Of a stretch of DNA of 64,000 nucleotides, positions 1 to 12,227 are shown piece by piece. The notes under the pieces are model-generated. The model was not told where the DNA came from, ran no database searches, and was given only the letters and a program-made list of their open reading frames with translations. Both the position numbers and the translations under genes were made by a program. This DNA comes from Eledone cirrhosa. Taxonomy: Eukaryota. Position 1 is the stretch's first letter. Each line of letters begins with the position of its first letter. The stretch lies in contig OZ024745.1 of NCBI GenBank assembly GCA_964016885.1, forward strand, positions 98,766,001 through 98,830,000, given 5' to 3'.

Positions 1-317
1 GTTAAAAATTAAAGAAATATTTTTGTGAGCAGTGCCTATTTTTAATAGCATAACAAGGCATCTTATCCAATTCTCTAACAATTCTGCCAGTCTAATGCAC
101 TACGCTGGTATTTTGTTTTATTGACACCCAAACAGATGAAAGACAAAGTTGACCACAGTAGGATTTCAACATAGAATGCTAGAATAAATTCTGCAAGACA
201 TTTATTTTTCCTATGCTTAAATGACTCTGCCAGTTTGCCATCATTCTAACGTTAAATTCTATAAAGCCAGACAAAGTGCTTCCTGATACTGTTTATTCAC
301 AGAAGGTTATGATAATA

Positions 318-1010
318 AATAATGAAATTATTGTGTACAGTGCTCAGGTGTATTACAATTCATCAAAGGTGCATGTATAGTACATAGAAAAATGTTCAAA
401 TGTAAGGAAAATGAACAGTGTATGAGTCATGAAATACATGTGTGTATATGGAGGGGGGATATCAGATGTAGTGTTGGCGAATTTCAGGATGCATGGAGGT
501 TTTAAAGGATGCAGTGCCTCGGCAGCTAACAACTGATGCAGGTAGTTTGTTCCACGCTTCAGCAACTCTGTTTTCTGACTTTGTAGGTATACCTACGTGT
601 GTTAGACACATGGAATTAGTTTGATAGGGACAAACCATTAAACTTGTTAGACAATGATGAAATTGATGGAGAAAATATTTTTGGTATTCAGGTGTCACAG
701 AACAAGACAATTATTTAGATTCCTTGATTCAATAAACTTAAATAGAGTTTTATGGTAGAGTTGAGTCAACTTTAAGACTTTCAAGCATTGCATTATATGA
801 ACAACTATAAACAGTAGTTGTTACATATGTTATTGAATCTATAAAATAGTTGGTGTTAGGAAGGCCATCCACTAATATACACCACTACAAAGGCTGATTG
901 CAGGAAAGATCTATAGCGTAAAGGGGACCAAGAACAGATCTCTGTGGTACACCAGATGTCATCTCATAGGGTGAAGAATGCTGTCATAAAACCGTGACTA
1001 TCTCTTTTTG
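318..1010 (-). mobile_element. CR1-type LINE 3' remnants
   Basis: Minus strand reads TSGVPQRSVLGP (RT motif) near 925-960 and RVAEAWNKLPASVV near 520-570; (AAT)n tail with the same 3' end seen at 3800, 43810 and 61610. Confidence 0.6.
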
Positions 1011-1334
1011 ACTGAGAATGAAGGACTTCAAACAGTTATAAAAATCATCTCTCACACCCATTGCAGAGAGCTTTGTCATAAGTCTTTTGTGTGGGTGACC
1101 CTGAGAATAGCCACAGTTATCTTGTCGATGATGGGGAGTAACATCAGGAAACAGGTATTGGAAGAGTTCTTGTGTTTAAGGACCTATAAAGAACTGCAAA
1201 GTAACAACCACCCCAACATCATTCTTATCATATTTTTAACATTTACCATCCAATTCCCATTGTGGTAGCCTTCAAACAAAACACTATTTTATCTACTTTG
1301 TTTTTTACTGTTTACCTATATTCTTGGTATTTAG

Positions 1335-1483
1335 TTTGCGAGCTCAATTCCTGGTGTCGGAAAGTGAAATGAATTTAATCCATGGTTCCAGCACAAAAGA
1401 AGAAGCCGACAAAGAAATTAAGTTCTTCTTTCCAGACGAAGAGACTGTTGCAGTGATCAAACCTGATGCTTATGGCTCTAAAG
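1335..1483 (+). CDS. NME8: NME8/TXNDC3-like (tandem NDK domain, dynein-associated) internal exon; gene starts upstream of the window
   Basis: AG acceptor 1333-34, GTATGT donor 1484; encodes LRAQF...NLIHGSSTKEEADKEIKFFFPDEETVAVIKPDAYG, i.e. the end of one NDK domain (NxxHGS) running directly into the TVAVIKPDA start of the next. Confidence 0.85.
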
Positions 1484-2299
1484 GTATGTCAATAACCCTT
1501 TTGATTCCAAACTGCCTGTATCTATGATACAAGGCTGTTTATTTTAAAGAATTCATATTTATCTATAAAACCTACCATCATAATTTTATGTTAGAACCTT
1601 TTTTAAGTTATAGTCCAAACACCAGTTTAAATCCCTCAAAATTTTCTTATTATTTTCAAAATGGTTTGAAAATCATAGGCATTGTCTTTCATTAACCCAT
1701 CTCTCTTCAGTAGTATTATATGCACATGAATTCACGGAGCACAATTTCAACATTTGGGAAACAGATTTCAAGTTGTTTCCAATTGATTGTGTAGGTGGGT
1801 TCTTGGCTTAACAGCATTATAAGGCTGTGGGGTCTATAATGCTGTTAAGATGGCCCTGGCTGCTGTTTGAAGAGGGTTGTGTGATACATGGAGGCTTCCT
1901 TTACATTTTGAGTGGATAGCCTTGCTGGAGCTAAAGTGCTCAGTAAGAGTCATCCAGTTTGTAGGGGCTGGGGACTTGTAAAATGAACTGAAAATACCAG
2001 GTTTTCAGCCTCATATCATTGATGATAAATAATAACAGATGGTGGCATATTTCTATAAACCATAGGCAGTCCACAACTTACAATAATTATTAGCATGCCT
2101 TGTCAAAGGAAATTAATTATTAAAGTCATGCAGGTTGTAAATACTTCATTTGGAAATTGATACAATAATTGCTAGATCATGCTGGCTAAAGATATATTTT
2201 AGAAATGAAATAAGTTTGGAATTAAAGATATCTGAAATGTCTGTTTATGAAAACTGGGAAAATTCTCACAGTTTTAAGAATTGATTTGCTCTTCTTCAG

Positions 2300-2438
2300 A
2301 TTTAATTTTGAAAAAAATCCAAGAAGCCGGCTTCAAGATCACAGCCAAGAAAGAAATGACTTTGAATGAACAAATTATTGAAAAAATGTATGATAAAGAC
2401 TTCGAATATTTTGAAGAAATGAAAAAATATTTGACAGC
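2300..2438 (+). CDS. NME8: NME8-like exon (NDK domain)
   Basis: cttcag acceptor, GTATGT donor; phase 1 matches previous exon; DLILKKIQEAGFKITAKKEMTLNEQIIEKMY...YFEEMKKYLT is NDK helix/strand pattern. Confidence 0.85.
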
Positions 2439-2825
2439 GTATGTTTCATGTCTTTTATAATTTATGAATGTGTAGGCACCATGCTGAATTGTTACTGCAC
2501 TCGTCTCTCTGAAATGGTATAATCCTTTTGATACGAACCCACCCCAAACCAGCTTTGGTTCTATGAAATATAACTTCCCATTTTAAAGGGTCCCTAGCTA
2601 TACACTACTAAAACTCTGTGATTGTGTCTTGTCTGTAATTTAATACAGCCAAAACGGTGTATAATGGGAAAATACTTAGAAAGGAAGTGGCCCCTGAAAT
2701 GGGAATACAAAGGGAATAAAACAAGTTTTGAATACATCAGAGCACGGGTTCCCTTCATAAATAGAGAGAGAGAAAGATAGAGAGAAATAGATTGTAGTTG
2801 TAAGAGAGTAGATTGAAAGAGAGAC

Positions 2826-2864
<39 letters not shown>

Positions 2865-2928
2865 GTGAAAGGAGAAGACAGAGAAGGAAAATGGAAGAGA
2901 GAGAGAGAGCTGTAAAAATTATTTTTAA

Positions 2929-3146
2929 CCCTTTAATATTTAAACCGACCATATCCGGCCAGAATTCTCTCACCTCATTCTATTCAAACCGGCCATAACT
3001 GGCCACTCATACTGATGTTAAGGTATTGTTTTCAAAATAAATATCAAAATCTCATAGATTCGATATTATGTGAGATATTTATGTAAGATAAAGCCTTTAG
3101 TCTGAAAATACAATAGTATATATAGAGTAATATAAATGCTAAAGGG
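2929..3146. mobile_element. piggyBac-type MITE
   Basis: TTAA|CCCTTTAATATTT ... AAATGCTAAAGGG|TTAA terminal inverted repeats with TTAA target site. Confidence 0.75.
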
Positions 3147-3249
3147 TTAAGTGAAAATGATTTTTAAGTGAATGTGACCCAACGGGTCATGGTTTATTTA
3201 GTTTAAATTAAAATCTTCAAATTGATTTTATGCAAGAACTGTATGTTAG

Positions 3250-3470
3250 TCCGTTAGCATTTAAACCATCTACATCTGGCCAGAATTCTCTCACCTCTTT
3301 CTGTTCAAACTGACCATAACTGGCCACTCGTACTGATGTTAAGGTATTGTTCTCAAAATAAATAATATCAAAATCTCATAGATTCGATATTATGTGAGAT
3401 AATTATGTGAAGTAAAGCCTTTACCATGAAAATATAATAGTAAATATAGAATAATGCAAATGCTAAAGGG
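3250..3470. mobile_element. piggyBac-type MITE, second copy
   Basis: Near-identical internal sequence to 2929-3146; ends AAATGCTAAAGGG|TTAA. Confidence 0.7.
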
Positions 3471-4417
3471 TTAAGTTACTATCACAGGAATGAAATAATT
3501 AACAATTTCTGTAAATTCCTCAAAATTATTCATTACTTAATTGAAATCAGTGTATTTCATTAGAGATACAGTCACAAAATGTTTAATACTCTAATTTATG
3601 AGAAAAAGAAAACAACAACAAAGGTATTTAGGCATTCAATATATGTAGTTGTTTATTAAAGTACCAGTCAAGTGCAGGGGTTTATTTAAGCAACTTTGTC
3701 CTTTATCCAAAATGACTGGCCTTGTACCTAAATTAGAAATCAATCGTTTTATATTAATGAGATGAAAAATCTTTTCTTTAAACAAAGCTCATTCATAGGT
3801 AATAATAATAATAATGAAATTATTGTGTACAGTGCTCAGGTGCACTATCTGTGGTAACATGTCACTGTCCTTCTAAATAGGTCTGAGGACCATATCTCAC
3901 TTGCACATTCCATTTTTGGCAAGGGTCTATGGCTAGATGCCCTTTCTAATGTCAACCACTTTACAGTGTGTACTGAATAAATTGTATCATATATATATAT
4001 ATAAATGTGAGTATGTGTTGGTTGGTTACCAACACTTCAGTGAAGATGGCATTACAGCCTGAACATATTATTTTACTGTTTAGTCAGTAGAAGTGGAAAA
4101 GGGCACATTATTTAATACCTGTACCAGCTCTACCACTCCTCAGAAAGGACTAGGTGCATTAGGTATAATAATATATTTTAATTTCTAGTTGTTTTGCCCT
4201 ATGTTTTTTATTTTATATTTAGTCCAAGAGCCAAGGGCATTGGCCATAACCAATTTCAGGGCTGCCAAGATTGGTGGAAGTGGAGGAGGTTCGAATTGGA
4301 AATCTGGCCCAAATACTTCCAACATAATTAATTGTAAAATCACAAACAGTGTCTTTTATTAGAAATATTGTAATGAACGGGTTAATTTGTCACTTATTTA
4401 AACAACTCTTTCTTCAG

Positions 4418-4525
4418 TGGACCTTCAGTGATTATGGCTCTGACCCGAGAAGATGCTGTCTTTGGATTGAAGCAGTTGTTGGGACCTGTAGATCCCCTGG
4501 AAGCTAAAGAGATTGATCCAGAATT
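4418..4525 (+). CDS. NME8: NME8-like exon (NDK domain)
   Basis: ttcag acceptor, GTAAGT donor; phase 2 consistent; GPSVIMALTREDAVFGLKQLLGPVDPLEAKEIDPE. Confidence 0.87.
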
Positions 4526-4710
4526 GTAAGTATAAAGCAATGCATTTTTTATGTTTGATCATATTTATAAAAGTTGTATTTTGAATGATATTGGTGAAAG
4601 TTGCCTTAAAAAATCTCCCAGGGAGATTGATAATAAAAGGAGCTAAATGAGCCAAGAGATCATTACAAAATAATAACTGAATGACTATTTTTATTATTTA
4701 TAAAGAGGAA

Positions 4711-4930
4711 GCGTCAAATTGGCAGAGTTGTTAAAACGTCGGATAGAATGCTTTGTGGTATTCGTTCTGACTCTCTGGTCTCTAAGTTCAAATCCTGCCA
4801 AGGTCAACTTTGCCTTTCATCCTTTCAAGGTCGATAAAATAAAGTACCAGTAATGCACTGGAGTCGATTTAATCGACTTTCCCCTTCCCACAAAATTGTT
4901 GGCCTTGTGCCTAAATCAGAAACCATTATT
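4711..4930 (+). mobile_element. tRNA-derived SINE
   Basis: A-box TGGCAGAGTTG, B-box GTTCAAATCC, central gcctttcatcc...gtcgataaaataaagtaccag domain; flanking ataaagaggaa direct repeat. Confidence 0.8.
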
Positions 4931-5123
4931 CATAAAGAGGAAACAGAAGGGAGATAAGTTGGAAAGGCGATAATAATGAGAAGCATCAACTATAAACTAT
5001 GCCCTGTGTTTGTATAGTTATATATATAATGCATTTCCTATCTCACTTAAGTTGCAATAATAAGATGTTCACTTTCCTCCTACAAAGATTTGGATTATAA
5101 ACCTTATATTTGGTCCTGCAAAA

Positions 5124-7487
5124 CAGGCATGTAAAACTGAGGGTCCCTCAAGGGCCGCATGGGTCACATATGTCTTGTCTGAGGGCCGCACATGACAACT
5201 AATTGTGCACACTACAACTAATTGTGCACACTACAACTAATTGTGCACATTACAACTAATTACAGTCATTTAATAAAATTTATTACAGAAAAATTTGTTA
5301 CTTAAATTTAGAAACATACAATGTACATACAAATGTTTGAGCAGCATTCATGAATACAAAGTAATGAAGTGGTTTGACAAAAACTAAAATTTTAAATGGC
5401 AACATATACTTGCAGCTTACAACAGCAACAAATAGATTTTAGAAAAATTACAACAGTTCAAAACTGAACATTTATTTACTACTATTCAATCATTTTTAGA
5501 GTTTTGTCCTGAGGCTTGACACCTCTTTTTGTTGACAATTTTTGGTATGTCTGGCTGAAATGTCTGTACAGTTCCAACTTTGATCAGAGATGACAAGTGT
5601 TAATCAGTCAGTTTTGTTCTCTGAGAAGTTTTTGTTAATTTCATGAAGGAAAATAACTGTTCACACACATAGGTAGAACCAAACATTGTCATAATCTTTG
5701 TGGCAAACTTTCTGAAGTTTTAAAACTTTTGAGGAAGGTATGAAAAGAAACCAGGTATCCCCTCTTCAAGAGTGGGTGTAGAATTGCTCTGAGTGTAGAA
5801 TCTGACTGCATTTCCAATAGTTCCATCTGCAGGCTTTCTTCTGCCTTGACAACATCAAAGGTGCAAAGGGCTGAGAATAATGCAAACAGATGTTCAAAAG
5901 ATGAGAAATCACAAAATCTTTCCTGAAATTCCTTTGACAACAATTCCAGGTGACTGTTATACTTAACAAAGCTAAGTACAGAATCAGTATTGGCAGTGTT
6001 TTTCAGCTCTTTGCACATAGGAAAATGAACAAAATTTTCATTTGACAATTGTGACTTCCATAAACTTAGTTTTCTAATGAAGCACTTGATGTCATCATAC
6101 AATTGTGTGATGAATTTGTTTTTACCTGATAATTTCAAATTAAGATCAGTTAATTGTGCAGTAATATTCACAGCAAAAGCCAGATTTTGGAGCCAACTTT
6201 CATCTTTTATTTCATCTGTGTTTTGACCTTTCGTCTCCAAAAACATAATTATTTCTTGTCTCAATAAATAGAATCTTTTCAGGACTTCTGTGTAGAATGG
6301 AACATTGGTGAACTGATTATCCATATTTTCCAACAACTGGCTGGACTGATGGTGGTTGAGAGCACGGCCTCTGATATAGTTGACTGTCTAAGCACATGAT
6401 GCAATTTTAAAATCTTTGAACACAAATTTTGCTGATGAATATTTTTGTTCATAACTTGGCAGCAACACCATTATGTCTGCCAACCATATTTGCAGCACCG
6501 TCAGTAACTAAACATGCAAGTTTACTCAAATCAAAACCATAGATATGCAGAACCTGCTCGACCTTTTCAAAGATGTCCTGGCTTGTTATAGTGTCATGCA
6601 TGGGGACCAGTTCAATCAGTTCTTCATAAATATTAAATTCACTGTCACAGGCCCTGATGAAGAATGCAACCCATGCTATTCCAGTGATGTCAACGGTCTC
6701 ATCAATAGTAATAGAAAAATGTTAAAACCTTGATGATACAGCCTTCAACTGTTGTTTCAGATCACCTGACATTTCATCAATCTGTTCAGCAACAGTGTTC
6801 CTGGTTAATGAAATGTCTTTGAATAACTCTGCTTTCTCTGCACATACAATTTCAGCTGGTTTTACAAGGCATTGCTTTACAGAATCTCCTTCACTGTAAG
6901 ATTTCCCACTCATGGCGATCATTCGGCTGAGTTCATAGTTTGCAGTAACGGAATCGACATTCTCTTCCTGAATTTTCATAAAACAGGTCTGTGGCTGTGT
7001 CAAGTTAGCCTTCAATTCCTTGAGTCTTGAAACACGCATTGGGCCTTCATATTTATCGTAAGATCAATGGTTCGTTTCATAACACCTTTTCAGATTGTAC
7101 TCTTTTGGTATTGCGATGCAGTTGTTGCAAATTAAACAGTGTATCTTTCCATTCACCGTTGTGCAAAAATACTGTAATTCCCACTTTTCTTGAAACACTC
7201 GCCCTTCTTCGTTCAATTTCCTTTTTCTCTTAGCTGGAGGAGCACTAGCCATTTTAGAAGAGAAAACTTTTGAAATTTTGAAAGAAAGTTTTCTGTTTAC
7301 AACTGTTAATGAGCTGCGTGTGATTTGTCGGAAGTTAAAGGTAGTTGACAAAAATCACACAAAAAAAAACAATCGTATCAAAAAGTTTTTTAATTTTATA
7401 TTACAAAAATAAAACATGCTCGTGCTGTAAAAACCTTTGTGAAGGCTGCAGGTGTGTTTGTAAAGGGCCGCATCTTTGACATGCCTG
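5124..7487 (-). mobile_element. hAT DNA transposon (Buster/SPIN/GTF2IRD2-like), full length, decayed
   Basis: TIRs CAGGCATGT(A/C)AAA at both ends; 8-bp TSD ctgcaaaa/ctgtaaag with central TA; internal transposase fragments. Confidence 0.9.
5486..7252 (-). pseudogene. hAT transposase pseudogene
   Basis: MASAPPAKRKRKLNEEGRVFQEKWELQYF...CLIC...KEYNLKRCYETNH (BED-like zinc finger), ISLTRNTVAEQI, SIAIDETVD, WLQNLAFAV, FGSTYVCEQLFS; split across ORFs 7064-7351, 6722-7039, 5689-6336 by frameshifts and stops. Confidence 0.88.
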
Positions 7488-8271
7488 CTGTAAAGAGCTA
7501 TTTCTCCAAAGTTACTAATACATTCAATTCTGTATGTCATTTGGACATATATGCTGAATATTTATGTAATTATATCCTAGAAATAAATTAATAAAATATC
7601 ATTTCTAATATATTAATATTAACTTCCATGTGTCAGTAATTAACATAAACTATAAGGTTTATTCCATGCAAACCATGAATTTATCAAAATACAAATTTCC
7701 AGTTTGTTTGATTGTTCATAATATATCCAGTAATCTTGGAATATATGATGTATCAATTCTGGACCCTAAAAATTAAACAAGTTCAATGTTATTGCCATCA
7801 TTTTTGACGGTACTGGTCCACTAGTAATTATATCAATTAAGATAGTTCACAATGATGTTATTCAATGGAGGGCAGGAGGTTAAATGTTTGGAGGGGTGAG
7901 AGAGAGATAGTTTATTTCCAATGTAGAGTGAGATTAAATGTCAGTTTTCATCAGTATTTTAGCCGTAGGTGTTTAAAGTATAAACAGCTGAAATCACTGG
8001 TAAGTTAATTAAAAGTAATAAACTGCTTAATGAGCCACTGAAGTTGTGTAGTGGTATCAGCAATACATGCTCAAAACCTTGAGGGTTAACTGTTAACTGC
8101 ATAAATATTCAGGTGCAGAAGTACTTGAATGTAAAAGCCAGATCCAGCTGTCCATTGAATATACAACCTGTGAAAGGAAATTGAAATTGAGATAGTTCTC
8201 ACCAACCTTTAATTGTACCTACTATATCAACTCCAATGTGAGGAAGGGTATTTCTCTTAATCAACTTTTAA

Positions 8272-8489
8272 CCCTTTAGCATTTACATTACTCTATATTT
8301 ACTATTGTATTATCACAGTAAAGGCTTTACCTCACATAATTATCTTACATATATCGAATCTATGAGATTTTGATGTTATTTATTTTGAAAACAATACTTT
8401 AACATCAGTATCAGCAGCCGGTTACAGCCGGTTTGAACAGGGAGAGGTGAAAGAATTGTGGCTGGATGGCCAGTTTAAATCCTAAAGCG
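8272..8489. mobile_element. piggyBac-type MITE, third copy in opposite orientation
   Basis: TTAA|CCCTTTAGCATTT start, CCTAAAGCG|TTAA end; reverse complement of 2929-3146. Confidence 0.75.
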
Positions 8490-8660
8490 TTAATTGTACC
8501 TACTATATCAACTCCAATGTGAACAGGAGTATTTCTCTTAATCAACTGCTTGTAACTGATTCAGTTACAAATCATATTAATAAAGCTGAAAAGAAAATAC
8601 CAGTAAATTAACTGAATTAAAGAGGAGAAATAAAAATAGTTATAATTATTTAGTATTTTT

Positions 8661-8845
8661 GGATTGGCAGTATCGGTAGAGGGTCGGACGCCATGCTTTC
8701 CAGCATAGTTACGTCCCTTTACGATCTGAGTTCAAAACCCGCCGAGGTTAACTTTGCCTTTCATCCTTACGGGGTCGATAAAATAAAGTACCAGTAATGC
8801 ACTGGGTAATTGCTGGCCTTGTGCCTAAAGTAGAAACAATTATTA
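8661..8845 (+). mobile_element. tRNA-derived SINE (young family)
   Basis: ggattggcagtatcggtagagggtcggacgccatgc...gttcaaa...gtcgataaaataaagtaccag...gtagaaacaattatt; near-identical copies elsewhere in window. Confidence 0.85.
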
Positions 8846-9564
8846 GGCTGTTGTTTCTAGCAGGTTGAGTGAGCACATTTGAGAGACTATGTGCAAGCTA
8901 TATATAGATGAATATATATATATATAAATATATATATATACATAAATATATATATATATATATATTATAGGGATTTTCTGCCCTATAGTAGCAAGTGAGT
9001 TACCTACTTGCTGTCGGAATGGTAAGAGCTCAGCCATAGGGCAGAAAATCATTATTGTACCTACATTCTACTTAAGTATCGAGTACTAATCTGAATAATG
9101 GTCTTACTAGTTTTAACAAGTAACCCCCCATATATGCGTGCGTATGTATGGCATAGTGGTTAGTTTGATTCACAATTGCAAGGTTGTGAATTTGATTCTC
9201 GGACCGGGCAATGCGTTATGTCCTTGAGCAAAACACTTTATTTATGTCAGGAGATGCACCTGCCAGATAGTATCAGCAATTAAAAAGACCAATAGAAACA
9301 TTGTTTCCTTGGTTCGATTTAACGAGTTCCACCCACTTGGTAAGCGAATGAGGTCTGGGATCTTTTCAAACTTTAAGAAAGAAATAAGTATTAACAGAGA
9401 CAATGGTGTGGTGTTGCAGTAAAATGTTAGAATCCCTTTAGTTAAGTCCCCTTACATTAAATATGACTTTACTTTTTCTTCTCCCAAAGATCTTCATATG
9501 TACAACCAGGATATAGGGAAGAGCAGATGACTAACTATGATAACTTATCAAATCGCATTATTGA

Positions 9565-9752
9565 GGTGGATTGGCAGTATCGGTAGAGAGTCGGACGCCA
9601 TGCTTTCCAGCATAGTTACGTCCCTTTACGATCTGCGTGCAAATCCTGCCGAGGTTGACTTTGCCTTTCATCCTTACGGGGTCGATAAAATAAAGTACCA
9701 GTAATGCACTGGATAATTGCTGGCCTTGTGCCTAAAGTAGAAACAATTATTG
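9565..9752 (+). mobile_element. tRNA-derived SINE, same family
   Basis: Near-identical to 8661-8845; flanked by attattgagg direct repeat. Confidence 0.85.
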
Positions 9753-9916
9753 AGGCATTTATTCCAAATATATATTGTTTATAACTGGTCTTTTTTATGC
9801 CATCAATAGCTCCTACTCAGAGTAATGGTATAAATGGCATCACCTGTATATATGTATGTTCTTCTGGTTTTATTATTTTATAAATTTGTTTTTATTATTT
9901 TATAAATTTATAAATA

Positions 9917-10310
9917 GGGCGGTGGATTGGCAGTATCGGTAGAGGGTCGGACGCCATGCTTTGACGCATAGAGTTACGACCCTTGCCATTTTGAGTTCAA
10001 ATCCAAATCCCGCCGAGGTTAATTTTGCCTTTCATCCTTACGGGGTCGATAAAATAAAGTACCAGTAATGCACTGGGTAATTACTGGCCCTGTGCCAAAA
10101 GTAGAAACAATTATTTTATAAATTTGTGGTATGGCGGTATCAGCAGTGTGTCAGACAACATGCTTTGTGGCCTTTAGATTCTGAGTTCAAATCCTGTGGA
10201 GGTTAGCTTTGCCTTTCATCCTTATGGGGTTGATAAAATGAGGTCAGTTTAATTGGCTTTCCCATCCCCTAAAATTACTGACCTTGTGCTTAAATCAGAA
10301 ACCATTATTT
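9917..10310 (+). mobile_element. Two tandem tRNA-derived SINE copies
   Basis: Copies at about 9917-10114 and 10125-10310 of the same family. Confidence 0.8.
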
Positions 10311-11175
10311 TATAAATTTTCACCAATAGAGAGGGAGGGTGGGGTGGGTGGGGTGTGAAAGAAAGATGGTTTCTAACTTAGAAATAAGACTCTTTGAATG
10401 GAATTTAGACAGTATTGGGTTACATATTAGTAGTAACACTTCAATGTGACCTGATCACATATATATATATCACCATGTTCATCATCATCATCGTTTAACG
10501 TCTATTTTCCACACTAGTATGGGTTAGATAGGTTGCTCCCTTTGAGGCAAGTTGGGTCAGCTGATCGTGACTCGCTCATACAGAACTGTTTCTGGCTTGG
10601 TTTACATGGCTGGATGCCTTTCCTAATGCCAACCACATATGTATGCGTGTATATGTGCAGGTATGGGTGTTATTGTATGTGTGTACTTTTTTTTAGGTAC
10701 ATGTGTACACATGCACATATTTCTGTGTCTATATATGTGTGTATTTGCATTGACGCTGTTACTAACATATCCCAGAGCTCCAATTACTACAGATACAAAT
10801 GTATGTATGCATGTATGTATGTATGCATGCATGCATTCATGTATGTATGTGTAATGTGCGTATTTAATAATGTGCCCAGGAATTTATAAATTTGAGGTTT
10901 ATTGGAAGGTCTGGAGAATCTAACAGAAGTGAATTTTGTGTATGGCCGAGTGGTTAGGGTGTGGAACTCATGGTCATAAGGGTGTAGGTTTGATTCTTGG
11001 ACTAGGTGGTACATTGTATTCTTGAGCAAGATGTTTCATTCAACATTGATTTTCATGATAAGACCAGTGACTTTAACATTAAAACAATTGAGAAACCTCC
11101 TATGAAATGTAACTTCATAAGAGGTCAGCTAAACCCGCATAGGTGAGGGATGTAAATTCCTTTTTATTTTAATAG

Positions 11176-11282
11176 ATTCCGTGCACAATTTGGGACAGAC
11201 AAAATGTGTAATGCCTTGCATGGCTCTAAAACCACTACTGAAGCATTCGAATTAATTAGCGCAGTGTTTAAAACTGATAAAA
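11176..11282 (+). CDS. NME8: NME8-like exon (end of last NDK domain, catalytic-His motif)
   Basis: aatag acceptor, GTAAGT donor; phase 2 consistent; FRAQFGTDKMCNALHGSKTTTEAFELISAVF. Confidence 0.87.
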
Positions 11283-11388
11283 GTAAGTCTGTTCTTATTA
11301 TTTCCGTGCATCATGTAATATATCACATGCCAACATATCACACTTTAGTTTAATAAATTTTATTTCATCACATCACACATATTGTATT

Positions 11389-12094
11389 CCTTGATCCTTG
11401 ATCCAGGGTCTTGAAATCACACACAGAGAAGGAACCTCTCCCTGGACTCCTTCCACTGACATCTGTCCCTTGCCAGTCTCGGCCATAGGGTCCCAGGTGG
11501 TTGATGAGGTCGTCTCGCCATCTTTTCCTTTTGATCTTGTCCATTTTCTTGGTGTCTACTCTGTCAGTCTGATCATCCATCTGTTGCCACTGAGTCACGA
11601 GATGTGGCCAGCGCATCTGTTGCCACTGAGTCACGAGATGTGGCCAGCGCATCTGTTGTTACTGAGTCGCAAGATGTGGCCAGCACATCTGTTGCCACTG
11701 AGTCACGAGTTGTGGCAAGTGCATCTGTTGCCATTGAGTCGCAAGATGTGGCCAGCACATCTGTTGCCACTGAGTCACGAGTTGTGGCCAGCGCATCTGT
11801 TGTTACTGAGTCGCAAGATGTGGCCAGCACATCTGTTGCCACTGAGTCACGAGTTGTGGCCAGCGCATCTGTTGCCATTGAGTCGCAAGATGTGGCCAGC
11901 ACATCTGTTGTCACTGAGTCGCAAGATGTGGCCAGCGGATCTGTTTTTGTTCATCTTGATGGTTGTAATTATGTCACTGACTCCAGTTTGTTGTCTGATC
12001 CAAGTGTTCTTCTTGTCAGGCAGCATGATGTGCTCCATCTTTCGCTGGGCGACACTGAGTATGTTCTTCATGGTGTTATTCAGCGCCAAGGTCT
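11389..12094 (-). mobile_element. RTE LINE 3' fragment with internal 36-bp tandem amplification
   Basis: 11-bp TSD CATATTGTATT (11378-88, 12095-105); minus strand reads LSVAQRKMEHIML...WIRQQTGVSDII...AGHILRLSDNR, RWRDDL; GATCAAG-repeat tail. Confidence 0.85.
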
Positions 12095-12227
12095 CATATT
12101 GTATTACTGTATATCATATCACATCTCCTCACATATTTCACACCATATCATCATCAACATTGCTTTTACATCCACTTTTTCATGCTGGCATGGGCTGGAC
12201 AAGACTTTCTGATGCTATATTTTACAC

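Noticed and set aside
8661-8745. tRNA gene
   Set aside because: A and B boxes present but no cloverleaf; it is the head of a multi-copy SINE
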